Positions 19,702 through 31,017 of a stretch of DNA of 64,000 bases are shown here, one piece after another (within the stretch, counting starts at the first letter, position 1; every line of letters begins with the position of its first letter). Position numbers and translations under genes: made by a program. The notes under the pieces are model-generated. The model saw only the letters and a program-made list of their open reading frames with translations, was not told the origin of the DNA and did not search any database. This DNA comes from Perkinsela sp. CCAP 1560/9 (lineage: Eukaryota > Protista > Euglenozoa: Kinetoplastea), in NCBI GenBank assembly GCA_965644495.1, contig CBFFSA010000008.1, forward strand, positions 248,001 to 312,000. Reading direction: 5' to 3'.

Positions 19702-20865
19702 TCATCTGTCGACAAAGGAAATAAAATTCGGCCTCCTGCGGGAAGCGTAAATGGAAAGAAAAGGGTGATGACAAAGCTCAACTGCTGTGGGACGCCGAGC
19801 TGAATCGTAAGTGCAACATTTCTCTACGAAGTCGCAACATAAAGGATCGATACCAATGTTGCTGGGCAGTTTCAAACGAAAACCGGGTTCCATTACCTTC
19901 GTCATGCACTCAAATACTCGATCGGATACTGGATGCCGCCCGACCGCACAGTACCCGAGAAGGACTCCTAGGCTCCACACATCTGCAGGCAGGCCATACC
20001 CTGATTTAGGGACAATTCTCTCTGGGGCGTAGTACAGTTGACTTCCCGTTGTTGTCATTGCGAGCTGCTGGCTAGTGGAAAGCAATCGAGAAACACCAAA
20101 ATCACACACCTTGATTGTACCCTGTGTATTCACCAATACATTAGAAGGCTTTATATCACGGTGAATAATTTGCTTCGCATGCAATGCTTGCAGTGCATGA
20201 ACTATGGCAGATGCCACCTGACTTAAATCCTCATTGCAGAGACGACCACATGCCATAGCGGTTGACCCTGTACAAAGCGAACATTTGCAGTATCTGTGAC
20301 CTTCCGCAAGGTGTTCCTGGCATGCCGGTCGGAGACACTGCTCTCGCAACGCGTGTAGCACGTCTGTAAGAGATCCCAAGTCCATTAACTCCATGAGCAC
20401 CTTCATTTTAGCTCCATGAGTCCACACCTCATATACTTCTATTACAAATGACGAATCGACGTTTTCAAAGAGCGTGACTAATTCTGCTGCGTAAGCCTTG
20501 AAACCTTGATCGGTTCCTGGCGAAGAGTGCCCACCGCCGAGCGCACCTGGATCAAATTCTTTCAATGCGTATAATTTCCCCGTAGGCTGATGACGTACCT
20601 TGTAAACGGTTCCTTGATCACCTTGCCCGAGTGCTTCTCTCCGATTCACGTACCTAAAATCCCGGAGATGAAAGCGTCCACACGAGCTGCATAATATCGT
20701 CCAATGTTGTGTCGGAATTCGTAGTTGCATAGGTAATACTGATACAGTTGATTTCGAAATTGGTGCCTCATCGTTGTTTACCTCTTCGACAAGAGTGCCG
20801 TCTGCTCTATACACAGGAAGTTCCTGACTTTCGAGTCCTAGACGAGGCTTAGTTTGAGAACGCAT
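19702..20865 (-). CDS. MAP kinase kinase (STE7 family)
   Basis: GQGDQGTV, YALKE, MELMDLGSL, IIHRDIKPSN, CDFGVS, YYAPERI, DVWSLG. The start may be 20865 or 20946. Confidence 0.9.
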   Translation of the reverse strand: MRSQTKPRLGLESQELPVYRADGTLVEEVNNDEAPISKSTVSVLPMQLRIPTQHWTILCSSCGRFHLRDFRYVNRREALGQGDQGTVYKVRHQPTGKLYALKEFDPGALGGGHSSPGTDQGFKAYAAELVTLFENVDSSFVIEVYEVWTHGAKMKVLMELMDLGSLTDVLHALREQCLRPACQEHLAEGHRYCKCSLCTGSTAMACGRLCNEDLSQVASAIVHALQALHAKQIIHRDIKPSNVLVNTQGTIKVCDFGVSRLLSTSQQLAMTTTGSQLYYAPERIVPKSGYGLPADVWSLGVLLGYCAVGRHPVSDRVFECMTKVMEPGFRLKLPSNIGIDPLCCDFVEKCCTYDSARRPTAVELCHHPFLSIYASRRRPNFISFVDR

Positions 20866-21181
20866 TTTGTGAGTTACTGAAATTCTTAGAAGTGATAAAA
20901 TGCTGCCTAATCGTATTCTTAAAGTGGCTAACTGAGACCTGTGCATTCTGGCCGTCCAAAACTAAAATCGAAACTACCCATTAGAATTTCTTTATGACAT
21001 GCGTTTACAAAATTTTATACGCGTGTACTCACACCTTTTCATTTAAGTTTCTCTACCCAGATAATACGATTTTTGTTTTTGGAATTCCAACCTGTAAACT
21101 TGTATCAAAAAGAGAGTTATTCCTTAGAAGCACTAAAGCAAAGTTAACATCGCTTCGATTGCATTCGTCGACAAATGAATA

Positions 21182-21601
21182 TCACCAGCAGATTTTCAGT
21201 AGTTTGCATGTGACAGGTTTAGTGTTCAGAGTTAAAGATTTCAGAAAACGTCTTGCATCTTTTGAACTCACGTTGTGCTCATATTCTTTCCACAAAGTCT
21301 TCCTCGAAAGAAAGACCACCCCATTCATGCTTTGCATTCGCACGAAAAAAGATATAGCGGCCAAAGCATCGCTTCCTAAAGCGTTCAGAATCATTTGAGG
21401 ATCCAATGACGCTAACGAAGTTGTACTAGATGGCATTTGTTGCGGCGACTGAGGCGTTAATGGAGATGTCAAAGCACCGCTACGTAGGCATTGACGGTGT
21501 AACAAAGCATAGCATGCAACTCCTTGTCGCACTGAGAAAAGGTTTGTAAAGGTTCGACCCAGCGGAGGTTGCGCTATGTAGACACACCTTGTGCGAAACA
21601 T
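21182..21601 (-). CDS. Hypothetical protein (mitochondrial-like N-terminus)
   Basis: ORF on the cluster strand with an Arg-rich, acid-poor N-terminus; no family recognised. Confidence 0.45.
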   Translation of the reverse strand: MFRTRCVYIAQPPLGRTFTNLFSVRQGVACYALLHRQCLRSGALTSPLTPQSPQQMPSSTTSLASLDPQMILNALGSDALAAISFFVRMQSMNGVVFLSRKTLWKEYEHNVSSKDARRFLKSLTLNTKPVTCKLLKICW

Positions 21602-21962
21602 GTCCAAATGGTAGACAACGTGATTTTAGAAAGCAGAAATAATCCAAACACACAGAAAGTATGAAAGAAGGTACGGTGTATCTTTTGTTTAAAACACTGA
21701 TAAAATTCAATTGTTCAATGTAACCGACGATTACATTCTTTTAAAATTCAGTGCTGTGTTCTTCCATCATCTCCAAAATCCATTCCCTACAAAGAGGGAT
21801 GATAGCACTGCAAAGGAAAGGGCTGCAGTAAAAGCCCCCGTAACACAACGTCTTATTTGATCTCTAAAGCAATAAATCGTTTTTCCCATTTTTATTGAAC
21901 AGTATACTGACGTACAGTAAACAAAAAAATGATGAACATACATAGAAGCACAACTATTTTTC

Positions 21963-22409
21963 TCATAATGTGCGCTCAGGCTGTACCACAATATGTGGTA
22001 TTAGATCCGTACAAGCAACACCCAGAGTTGCGCACCATCGCGGTAAGAGGGTGGCAAGAATGCTGGAGAGGCAGGCGCCTGTGGGATCGACGTTGAGCCC
22101 GGATGCCGTGCGCGGCAGTGGTGCCTCCACGGCATCCCCTCCGGAGGTCATGGCACACAGGGCAGCACTCAAAGCATTGCGTTGAGTGCCGACAACCATG
22201 GAGGTGACGCCACTCGGGACGCAACGACTGGTGCATACCTCCAGAGGAGGCAACCCCGCAGCGTGACGCAGGAAGGCGTGTTGCACGCGTTTAGAAAAGG
22301 AGGGGAGGGTGGGGAGACTACTGCAGGCACCAATGTGCCGGTTTATGGTTTTCTGGAAATAGTAGGAATAGGCAAGGGGGGGAAGTTTCCCGCAATGGTG
22401 GCTAAACAT
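21963..22409 (-). CDS. Hypothetical protein
   Basis: ORF on the cluster strand in a GC-rich patch; no family recognised. Confidence 0.35.
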   Translation of the reverse strand: MFSHHCGKLPPLAYSYYFQKTINRHIGACSSLPTLPSFSKRVQHAFLRHAAGLPPLEVCTSRCVPSGVTSMVVGTQRNALSAALCAMTSGGDAVEAPLPRTASGLNVDPTGACLSSILATLLPRWCATLGVACTDLIPHIVVQPERTL

Positions 22410-22627
22410 GGGAACAATACGATAGTGTATGAACAAAAAGTATTAGTGGTGTTAGGCATGCAGGGTAATTACTAAATACTACATTCTGGTCTTTCTACTT
22501 TTCTCTTTTATTTGTTCCTTCAAAAACGTTTGACTCCAAAGCTGTACACCAGTTTATGAAACCGAAATTAAAGGAATTCTTTGGAAATTAATATCACATA
22601 CCTTGAGTGTAATTTATAAGGTACTAT

Positions 22628-23737
22628 CTATGCTAACGCAGCGCTGTGAAATTTATCAAGTGTACTTTGAATACGAATGCTCACTGTGTTGTCTTCAACT
22701 TGGCTTCCCTTTTCTGTTTCAGACGCCTTATAGAAGCCCCAGTTTTTCTTCAAGTATCGATTACAAGCCACGCCCGGCTGGTGCACGGGACAATATAGCA
22801 CAGTGTAAAAAGGCTTGTGAATTTGACTTGTGTCATGAGCGTGTATCTCAGCAGTTACGGAACTCGGTGTACGAGGATCATTATGAAAAACAAACCAACG
22901 AAATAGTTGGGAGAACGTAATCGCAGAGTGATTGTCCAAAATAACTCTTAATGAAGATCCAAGACAGTGTGGGATCTCCGAATGTTTCGTATCAAAGTGT
23001 GAGCTCAGGCACATACACACAAATTTCAGTGCGTTGATACTGTTATGCTCTTGTACATCAAGAGGAGACAACGACAGTAGGGCATTTGCGGCGTCCGTCG
23101 TGCTACCTGATTCGGTCTGCGACCCGGATATGGCCTTCCAGCACAATCTCCGCTCTGCGTATGACTTCGGATTCCAACTCACTCTCACTAGGACCTTCGA
23201 CGGTATAGAGTATGCGTATATCCAAGTATCTGTCCGATACGCCTGAGTAACTATGTCGTGACGCAAAATGTCATTTCGAAAGGCATCAGAGTGAGCATTT
23301 CGTATTTTCCAAATGTCTATTTCACTAGTGGTTAGCCTGAGTGAAACATGTTTGACCTCATTGAAGGCGTAGTTGGACTCAATAAAATATATCCGTCTTG
23401 CGTTTGGGAACGATACGAGGCGTTGAAGATGCGGGTGAGCGTTAATATCCTTCCAGCGAGGATTGATGAGATTGAATCTGCCATAAACAACCTGGTACTT
23501 TTCCTCTTCTGTTAATTTTTGAAAACTAGAACTCCAAAAAACTCGATTTCCAAAGAGCCCAGCAAAGTATTTTACGCCACATCCTCGTCGCCAATGATTT
23601 GACGAAGTCATGGCACCTCCGCGGTATCGATCGCGTATAGGATTCCATCGTGGATTGCTACTTCCCCACAGATGCCTCTTTTTCTTTCTTCTGTCAAATG
23701 TAACTATCGTGCTCCGAAACTTTCGACGAAAAGTCAT
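22628..23737 (-). CDS. Hypothetical basic protein (possibly mitochondrial RNA-binding or ribosomal)
   Basis: ~370-aa ORF with a very R/K/W-rich N-terminal half. Confidence 0.6.
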   Translation of the reverse strand: MTFRRKFRSTIVTFDRRKKKRHLWGSSNPRWNPIRDRYRGGAMTSSNHWRRGCGVKYFAGLFGNRVFWSSSFQKLTEEEKYQVVYGRFNLINPRWKDINAHPHLQRLVSFPNARRIYFIESNYAFNEVKHVSLRLTTSEIDIWKIRNAHSDAFRNDILRHDIVTQAYRTDTWIYAYSIPSKVLVRVSWNPKSYAERRLCWKAISGSQTESGSTTDAANALLSLSPLDVQEHNSINALKFVCMCLSSHFDTKHSEIPHCLGSSLRVILDNHSAITFSQLFRWFVFHNDPRTPSSVTAEIHAHDTSQIHKPFYTVLYCPVHQPGVACNRYLKKNWGFYKASETEKGSQVEDNTVSIRIQSTLDKFHSAALA

Positions 23738-24042
23738 AAGTTCATATAAACCCAAGAACAGTAAATAAGTTCCTAAAGATCAATATGGGGTATTAAAAGT
23801 AAGCACCCAAAACATAGAAAGATAAGAGCCTATTAAATAGTCAGAGAACTTTTATGAATGCTGAACAATGCGCATGTGAGTTTTTCTTTGGTCTAGGAAT
23901 GAGATAGGAACAGAAGAATTAGATAGACAAAAAAATACTTGACTGACAAGATTCATACAAGATTATACAGGTTGCATACAGCCTCTACATGGTTGTATAC
24001 AAGCCTGTACATGGTTTACGGTAATAGCGTATTTTAAGTCTT

Positions 24043-26637
24043 TCACTCTAAGTAAGCATAAAATCCTGGACGCATTTTTTCCCGGTGCAAAAATTCTTGC
24101 TGTATCAACTGCTCTACGCAATGGAGGACAAATTCAGACTGTACTATAAATCTATGGCATGTGTTGTCTTTCACGTGATTCAAAATTTCTTGTTGAGAAA
24201 TCAATTTGGCCTTTTTTGCAAGAGAAATAATCAGTGCTCGTATAGTATGGCGTCGATCTTCGATCATTCTTTCATGTTTATTGAGTGATTCTGGACACTC
24301 ATACTCTTGATTTTGGGGGCTAAGTAAGCGGGGCAGAAAATATTTCCTTGGCCAGCAAGATGGAGCTTCAGACGCGATACGGTAGTACGAATTGATATCT
24401 GAACATGAATCCTCAAATAATTTTTCAAGCATGCCACAGGCAACAAGCTGGTCAAGCAGAGAACTGGCCTCGCCTGGGGTCAAAGAACACCGTTCTTGTA
24501 CGTAAGATTTCGATATAATCTCAGGAGTATTTGGCGAATGCGAAGCGCATTCAAGTGAGTTATTAAAACAGGTTAATAATACAGAAGCTTGCAAAGTGGT
24601 GCAATAAATAGATACAGCGCCTCCAAAAGCTGAGAGTTCGACAATTCCCGAGTTCGGAAGAAGTACAAGCTTTCTTCCGCTGTACTTAAGTTGATAGCGC
24701 AAGGTAAAATCGGAGTAAGATTTCATCAGTTCGGGCGCTACAAGCGCTCCAGAGTATTCAGACTCCGACAGATTTGGCCAGCAACCGGTAGTTGCTACTA
24801 GAAATTTAGCAGGAGTCGTAACAAAGTGACAATAATCGGATTGTAAAGGAGACTCCACCAAAGCACAAGCGACATCGTAAATAACAGTTTGTAAGTGAAA
24901 TAAGCATTGTTGCGAAACATTGTCTTCTAGATCGGCTAACAACCTTGCCAAGCCGTCCACACTTCGTGCCAATACTTCGACATTTGCATTTGCTGTACTC
25001 CGAGACCACATGGATAAAAGTAACCGCACTGCTTCCTCGTGTAGCATTTCTTCGAAAGAGTCCTTATTTTGCACGTAAGTGATAAGCTGGACGGATGATT
25101 TCAAATTAGCTGAGCTCTCAGAACCAGGTTTAAATTGCATTTCAAGAATTAGTGCATTGGAGCTATCTGTAGTACCCGCGTGTACGTCACTGACGATACC
25201 AAAATCAGTAAGAAGAGTATGGCACAAAGCTTCAGAAAAGGAAGTTGACAATTCATTCACTATTACGTGAAGTAATTTTTGTAATACGTTTAGCATATCC
25301 TGCGAGAAACTTGCTCGGCGCGTACCTTCTTCCAAGATGGTGTGATACGTCAGAACCGTACATACAACGGCTTTCTTGTCAGTTTGCACGAATGATAGTT
25401 TCTCTGTGGCTTCACTCTTCATAGTTTCATATATTTTCGTACTCAAATACGATTCTTGCAAGCACAATTGCGCTGCCTTTTGTATTTTGTCCCAGAGGCT
25501 AAAGTCCTTGCCCTTCAATGCGTTAACACCGTGCGCAATTATGGTGGATAGATGTGGCTTCAATAAAGTATCTACACACACACTCTGTATTTTTGGTCTT
25601 GAGCTTTGTTTTAGACTGGTAAAAACTAACTTATCCAGGTGAGATGCTACGCAAAAATACATTTCAAGAAATGTGCGCACGTGATTTGCGTTGCTGAATG
25701 TTAGAATCTTAGAACGCTCTTGAAAGAGTAGTTCCGTTAAGTGATCTAAAAAGGGAAGTTCAATAATTCGTTCATATTCAGTGCGTATCGTGCGTTCAGG
25801 GGAAGCAATGTTTTGAGAAATGGCTTCTCTATTTGACTGGAACGCACTAGCAGCAGGTAAATTAGAGGTTGGCATTGCAGCAGTTGTGCCTTCCAGACAA
25901 AAGTTTTCGGATTCATTTGCACCTTGCTCCGATGGGAAAGTGCGGATTCTGAATTGGGGCTCCTGTTCAACTCTATCACTCGTTGGATGGCTTTCGGATT
26001 CGCGGCCTACACTTTGGGCATCCGCGTTATTTTCTAACAAAACTAGCAGAGATGTCAGGTTGCGCAACCGATCCCATTCAGAAACAATATCCAGAGACAA
26101 CTCCTGTCCAGATAAAGCCCTAACACTGGGAAATGCTTTATCAAAATTTCCAATTTCACGGGAAGGACGTACTACTGAACTTAAGAAGACCGACTCAACT
26201 ATGCGACGTATTTTATCAGAACTGGGCACGCCAATGGAAATATTTTTTCGATACGAAGCAGAAGCGTACGAAGTAATATGAGTAGAAAAGCGCGTCAAAC
26301 GCTCGTGAAGCCCAAGAATATCATCGACACTTTTTGGTACGACAGAAGAGCAGTATACACCTAGAAGTGTGGCCAGAGTTTTGTGCATTAAGTCGAATTC
26401 TTTCTCCAATAAGAAATTCAGTGCCTCGGTCAGCGATTGAACTGTAGGAAGGACGGCGCCCGTGTCTAAGTCTTTGTCTACAAGCCCTTTGAATTCACAA
26501 ATAAGAACGTGATGACAGTACTGACATAAGGTATGGGTGTACGACTGTGTCACTTTGGTGTTGTAGTGAGCTGTCCGCATCTGATAAACTGCAGCAATCG
26601 TTTTTTCGTTGTCTGATTTTGCTCGAGCCCGGACCAT
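24043..26637 (-). CDS. Divergent cullin-family protein
   Basis: NKDSFEE, VATTGCWP, YSGRKLVLLPNSG, TLQASVLL..FN, EDRRHTIRALII, VEQLIQQEFLHR...YAY. Confidence 0.88.
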   Translation of the reverse strand: MVRARAKSDNEKTIAAVYQMRTAHYNTKVTQSYTHTLCQYCHHVLICEFKGLVDKDLDTGAVLPTVQSLTEALNFLLEKEFDLMHKTLATLLGVYCSSVVPKSVDDILGLHERLTRFSTHITSYASASYRKNISIGVPSSDKIRRIVESVFLSSVVRPSREIGNFDKAFPSVRALSGQELSLDIVSEWDRLRNLTSLLVLLENNADAQSVGRESESHPTSDRVEQEPQFRIRTFPSEQGANESENFCLEGTTAAMPTSNLPAASAFQSNREAISQNIASPERTIRTEYERIIELPFLDHLTELLFQERSKILTFSNANHVRTFLEMYFCVASHLDKLVFTSLKQSSRPKIQSVCVDTLLKPHLSTIIAHGVNALKGKDFSLWDKIQKAAQLCLQESYLSTKIYETMKSEATEKLSFVQTDKKAVVCTVLTYHTILEEGTRRASFSQDMLNVLQKLLHVIVNELSTSFSEALCHTLLTDFGIVSDVHAGTTDSSNALILEMQFKPGSESSANLKSSVQLITYVQNKDSFEEMLHEEAVRLLLSMWSRSTANANVEVLARSVDGLARLLADLEDNVSQQCLFHLQTVIYDVACALVESPLQSDYCHFVTTPAKFLVATTGCWPNLSESEYSGALVAPELMKSYSDFTLRYQLKYSGRKLVLLPNSGIVELSAFGGAVSIYCTTLQASVLLTCFNNSLECASHSPNTPEIISKSYVQERCSLTPGEASSLLDQLVACGMLEKLFEDSCSDINSYYRIASEAPSCWPRKYFLPRLLSPQNQEYECPESLNKHERMIEDRRHTIRALIISLAKKAKLISQQEILNHVKDNTCHRFIVQSEFVLHCVEQLIQQEFLHREKMRPGFYAYLE

Positions 26638-27043
26638 TACATCATAAATAATGGACTAGTGGTTTTGCAATTGCATACTACTTACACATAGTATGATACA
26701 TTCCGAAGTATTAATAATTACGCGAAGTACATGTGAATGATACATGACGGGAAGTAAACATTGGGAAATCAGAAAATATCAAAATTAAAGACATTCAGCG
26801 TCAAGGAAGAGAGAATTCTTTTGTGATAACTTAAGATAATAGTACAAGTCAGTTAAGTATAAACATGGGTAACATTGTACAACTACTTCTAGTACATATT
26901 CCGCGACATTTGCTAGATGACACAGGTTTATAGCTAATCGTGTGAAATCTGTAATCACTCATTGCCAGTGGATTAGACTCCTTGTCAGTGACATAGACGT
27001 TTATCTTAAAATTATAAGATCATCGTGCATCATCCCCCATAAG

Positions 27044-27973
27044 CTAGACCACAGCAGTCCGTTTTACTCGCCGAGGTTTGGGAGGTTGTATGTCATTTGG
27101 AATATAATAGTTCTTCATGAGAAACGGATGCTTTATAATTTCCGAAAGAGTGGGTCGCTTCCGTCCATCTTTTCGCAAAAGTGCCAATATAAATTGCTTG
27201 GCATCAGCTGGTACACTTGCCGGAATTTCGTATTGCATTGATGCAATTTTGCGCATGACCGCGCGATCGCTCTCGTCCTTAAATGGAGTGCGACCCACAA
27301 GCATCTCGTAGCAAAAAATACCAATACACCACAGATCCGCAGATCCTGTGTAGGAGCCATGTTCAACGATCTCCGGTGGAAAGTATTCCGGCGTCCCGCA
27401 CATCGTTTTCCGCTCCATTGCGGGTGTGTGAACGGACCAACCAAAGTCCGCAAGCTTAATGTTGTCTTGATCATTTAGGAGGATGTTCTCCGGCTTGATG
27501 TCACGATGTATAACTCGGTGCTCGTGGAGATATTTGAGTGCCTCAGTGAGCTGGGCGACGTATTTAGCAGTCTGCGCAACACTGAAGGTTCCAACTTTTT
27601 GAAATTTGGAGTAAAGCATACCCCCGAAGCAGGGCTCAAGTATAAGATAAATATCTGTTTCAGTCCAGAAGTACCCGTAGGTGCGCAACAAGTAAGGGTG
27701 CCTGGTGTGGTATGCGATTTCTATTTCTCTCCGTAATTGGCTGTACATGCGCATTTCGACAAGTCTTTTGATGCTCATACGTTTTAACGCAACGATATAG
27801 TTACTCTTCACTTCACATGCCAGGTACACATCACCATATTGTCCGCTACCAATTTTTTGCAGTAGTTGAAAGTCGCTCTCCTGCCAGTCGTCCCGCGGAC
27901 GATCAGGAACAACAATACAGTTCTGAACCACACGGCCCGCTGAGTTATTATTTCCGTAGGTTGTAAATGACAT
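27044..27973 (-). CDS. AUK1: Aurora kinase (AUK1-like)
   Basis: QLRREIEIAYHTRHPYLLRTYGYF, HRDIKPEN, ADFGWSVH, RKTMCGTPEYFPPE. Confidence 0.95.
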   Translation of the reverse strand: MSFTTYGNNNSAGRVVQNCIVVPDRPRDDWQESDFQLLQKIGSGQYGDVYLACEVKSNYIVALKRMSIKRLVEMRMYSQLRREIEIAYHTRHPYLLRTYGYFWTETDIYLILEPCFGGMLYSKFQKVGTFSVAQTAKYVAQLTEALKYLHEHRVIHRDIKPENILLNDQDNIKLADFGWSVHTPAMERKTMCGTPEYFPPEIVEHGSYTGSADLWCIGIFCYEMLVGRTPFKDESDRAVMRKIASMQYEIPASVPADAKQFILALLRKDGRKRPTLSEIIKHPFLMKNYYIPNDIQPPKPRRVKRTAVV

Positions 27974-28210
27974 GCTCTTTGGAACAGAATAAATTTCTTA
28001 CGCGAAATCAATGTTTTATTAGAATTGTTTTGTTCGTCACTCCCCTATTTTCAACTTAACCCCATATTTTCATTAGGTTTCATTAGAACTTTGGTTCTAA
28101 TATTAAGAAACAGGCTCATTTGGTATACTATTGACTCAGTCAATTCGACTGTTGAAAGGATAACCTTGTAACTTTAGTTTACAGAGAAGAATTGTCCTGA
28201 GCTTCACACA

Positions 28211-28780
28211 TTATTTACAGTTCAAAAGTAAGAAGCTAGTCAGAAAGGCGCCACAAGTAGTCAAACATATCGTTGAGTATGTTACCCAGAGAAAGTCTTC
28301 TCGACGCCCTGTTGGGATTTCTGTTATTATTGTATTGTTCGGCTGCCTCACTCCTACTTGTTTTACTCCCACGTAGGCCTGAAAGTTAGGTGAAATATAC
28401 CTTGTTGCTGAATGTGCAGAGGTATCTGGATCAGCGTAACGAAAATGAATGGGAAGACTGACATCAAAAGTACCGTTTGTATTACATAACGGCATTATAC
28501 GAACCTCATACAATTGTGTTGCTTCATTTTCAGACCGCTCGATGTCTATCGGAGTATTAGCCTCGATCGCACTTGCTTCAATACCTCCCTCACTAGTATC
28601 AATATAAAATTGTCTGGATAAAGGCATTATCAGCGAAAGTGAGTTACACGACTTGTATAAGTAATGTGAGGTCGCACAAGCATTTCTATTCGCAGAAGCA
28701 TTCAAATCTCCGTGAATGCGAAGCTGGCGATGAAAACCGATGCCTATTAAACTCCAGGCGATTGCCACGATTATACTCAT
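28211..28780 (-). CDS. PIG-X/PBN1-like GPI mannosyltransferase I subunit
   Basis: GFHRQL, YID, IDIE, LPIHFRY, IPTG and a C-terminal TM helix. Confidence 0.75.
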   Translation of the reverse strand: MSIIVAIAWSLIGIGFHRQLRIHGDLNASANRNACATSHYLYKSCNSLSLIMPLSRQFYIDTSEGGIEASAIEANTPIDIERSENEATQLYEVRIMPLCNTNGTFDVSLPIHFRYADPDTSAHSATRYISPNFQAYVGVKQVGVRQPNNTIITEIPTGRREDFLWVTYSTICLTTCGAFLTSFLLLNCK

Positions 28781-28992
28781 AAAAGGGCCGTCTTAAAACA
28801 CGTATTGATTTGCAAAAGCTACACTAACTGGACTTTGTACTCACTTTATAAAAAATAATGGGTCTCCTAAGGCTCACATAATACACATGTTGTCAAACAG
28901 AATGAGAGTAAGGCTATAGATAGGAATCCGTTCAAGCAAAAATATGCATAGAAATAGAGAACACTAGTCACACATCTAAATCCGACTATCCA

Positions 28993-29649
28993 TTAGCCAT
29001 TCTCTTCTACATCCCACCTGACCAAGTCAACAAAAATATCTCTATGGGCGTGACGATGTTTTCGATACGATGCTGGGAGATCGTAACGCATTTCCGCAAG
29101 GAGGGTAGAAGTGATTTTACGCGTAGAAGTTGAACAACGTTCTGCCCATCGAGGAAAAAATTCCCTAGTTGATTTAAGATGCAGTGAATACACTCGTGGT
29201 GCTACACAGAGGGCTTCACTGACGAATAGCGTGTCTGCATGAGAACGCGACTTCGTGCCAAACGGAGGATTCATGATAGCTATATCGAAAGAAGAATGAA
29301 AGCACCGAGCAACTGAACCGGGACGAACTTCATGTTTTATACCAGAAAATATTGAGCGCATTCCAATATCGTCCATGACGTTCTGCGCATGAGCCAGACT
29401 GCACTTGTCCACATCAACTCCGACAACTGAGGCAGCTCCGAGCAAAGCGGATGCACAAGAAAGTGTCCCAGTACCGCATCCCAGATCTAAGATATGCAAC
29501 CCTTCAAGCGACTGGTCTTCTTGTAGGCTCCATAGGCATCGAGCTGCAATATCCGGGGGTGTGAGATACTGTTCCAGTGTTATATCGGGGGATGAGAACT
29601 GGAAGTCTAACTCTCGAAGTGTGGCTTCAAGTTCCCACACACGGTACAT
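28993..29649 (-). CDS. METTL5: METTL5-like rRNA m6A methyltransferase
   Basis: LEQYLTPPDIA, DLGCGTG, MNPPFGTK, YSLH..STR, RYDLPASY. Confidence 0.92.
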   Translation of the reverse strand: MYRVWELEATLRELDFQFSSPDITLEQYLTPPDIAARCLWSLQEDQSLEGLHILDLGCGTGTLSCASALLGAASVVGVDVDKCSLAHAQNVMDDIGMRSIFSGIKHEVRPGSVARCFHSSFDIAIMNPPFGTKSRSHADTLFVSEALCVAPRVYSLHLKSTREFFPRWAERCSTSTRKITSTLLAEMRYDLPASYRKHRHAHRDIFVDLVRWDVEENG

Positions 29650-29916
29650 TATCTCCTCGTATAAGTCAGTCTTGTCATTCAGTATTGTAGATAATAATGG
29701 ACCTCCTTTGCTTTAAAGCTAAAGTCAAAAGTATGTGTTCTTTAAGCACTTCTCACATTTGTGTATTGTATCACTTATAAGGGACTTTCAACGCGCATAC
29801 ATTCTAAAAATTTAGTTTTCCATTTTATTAGTAAACATCTCGATCAACCGTGTGATAAACACGTTCGCCATCCTACTCTTGATTCTAAACTACATCCAAT
29901 CCGCTCCGCCCCTTCC

Positions 29917-31017
29917 TCACCGCAGAACCGACTCCCCATGATGCGTCACACTTGCCGGTCGGTCCAAACCAAGGCCCCAATGAAGATCAGGCTCGTTGGT
30001 GCGGTAACTCGGCAACCTCGGGGTGAGGTCCCGTCGGTCAAGCATCTCCCCCTCCTCCCCCCTCCCGGGGGTCATCTCCACCACCAGCTCCGGGGGGGCC
30101 TCCACGGCATGGGAACACCTCCCCTCGACCCCGGGCGTCATGTGGGCAATCCCACGGGTCTCCCAGGGCGCCACACGCCACCGGGCCCACACCTCCCGTG
30201 TGAGGATACACACAAACACCACCACGCAGAACCCCGAGATCAGGTGCGCACTCACCAGTGCGGGGATCAAACACCGGTGGTGGTAACCCATCGAGGGGAG
30301 CAGGCGGGCCCATATCACCCACAGCAGAAACCCCGGGAGCAGCAGCCGGAAGACGATCCAGGTAAGGTAGGTGAGGTAGAAACAGGCCACATAGGGCCAC
30401 GTCTCGGCACGCCCTGTGCGCTCCAGCAGCACTTGACAGTTCAGGAAGAGCACCGGGAGCTCGACAAGGAGGAAGTTGGAGACGACAAAGGACCCGGCGC
30501 CGCATTGGGGGTTGAAGATGTGGACACAGAACGGGATGAGGGCCAGGATGTGGTGAACGACAAACACAAGCCACATCGGGACACGGTAAAGGATGATGAT
30601 CGCGAGGTCGAGGAGGAAATAGGCCGTGGAGAACGCGACCAGGGCGTGCAGGGGAACGAGGTCGGACGTGCTGAGGGGCTCATAGTCGGATTTCCACTGG
30701 ATCGTGGTTGTGGTTGCGATGAATCCAGGTACAACGACGAGGGCGTGCAGGGAGCTGTTGATGCGGCTACACCAATCCGCTTTGTAGCTCAAAGTGAATT
30801 TTGAGAAATAGGAGGAACCGTAGCGTGCGGTGATGTACCAAGAAATGTAAAAAAGGAAAAGGAATGCGATTAGAGAACCTCCAAGTACAATAGCGTTGAA
30901 CGTGATGCTGGGACTGTGACATCCAGGTGAGAGTGAGGCGTCGCACCGCTCGCTATCGTTGAGAAGCACCTGTGGGATAAACACACAAAGATATACGAAC
31001 GAAAAAGCGAGTTTCAT
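29917..31017 (-). CDS. TLC-domain membrane protein (TMEM56/CLN8-like)
   Basis: W.SRINSSLHA, AYFLLDL, FVVHH, LVELPVLFLN, WIVFRL; multiple TM helices. Confidence 0.85.
   Translation of the reverse strand: MKLAFSFVYLCVFIPQVLLNDSERCDASLSPGCHSPSITFNAIVLGGSLIAFLFLFYISWYITARYGSSYFSKFTLSYKADWCSRINSSLHALVVVPGFIATTTTIQWKSDYEPLSTSDLVPLHALVAFSTAYFLLDLAIIILYRVPMWLVFVVHHILALIPFCVHIFNPQCGAGSFVVSNFLLVELPVLFLNCQVLLERTGRAETWPYVACFYLTYLTWIVFRLLLPGFLLWVIWARLLPSMGYHHRCLIPALVSAHLISGFCVVVFVCILTREVWARWRVAPWETRGIAHMTPGVEGRCSHAVEAPPELVVEMTPGRGEEGEMLDRRDLTPRLPSYRTNEPDLHWGLGLDRPASVTHHGESVLR

Noticed and set aside
23945-24020. Short degenerate tandem duplications (atacaagcctgtacatggtt-like)
   Set aside because: Only two or three decayed copies in a 3' UTR; ordinary slippage.
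29761-30804. 347-aa plus-strand ORF
   Set aside because: Antisense shadow of the GC-rich part of the TLC-domain gene.
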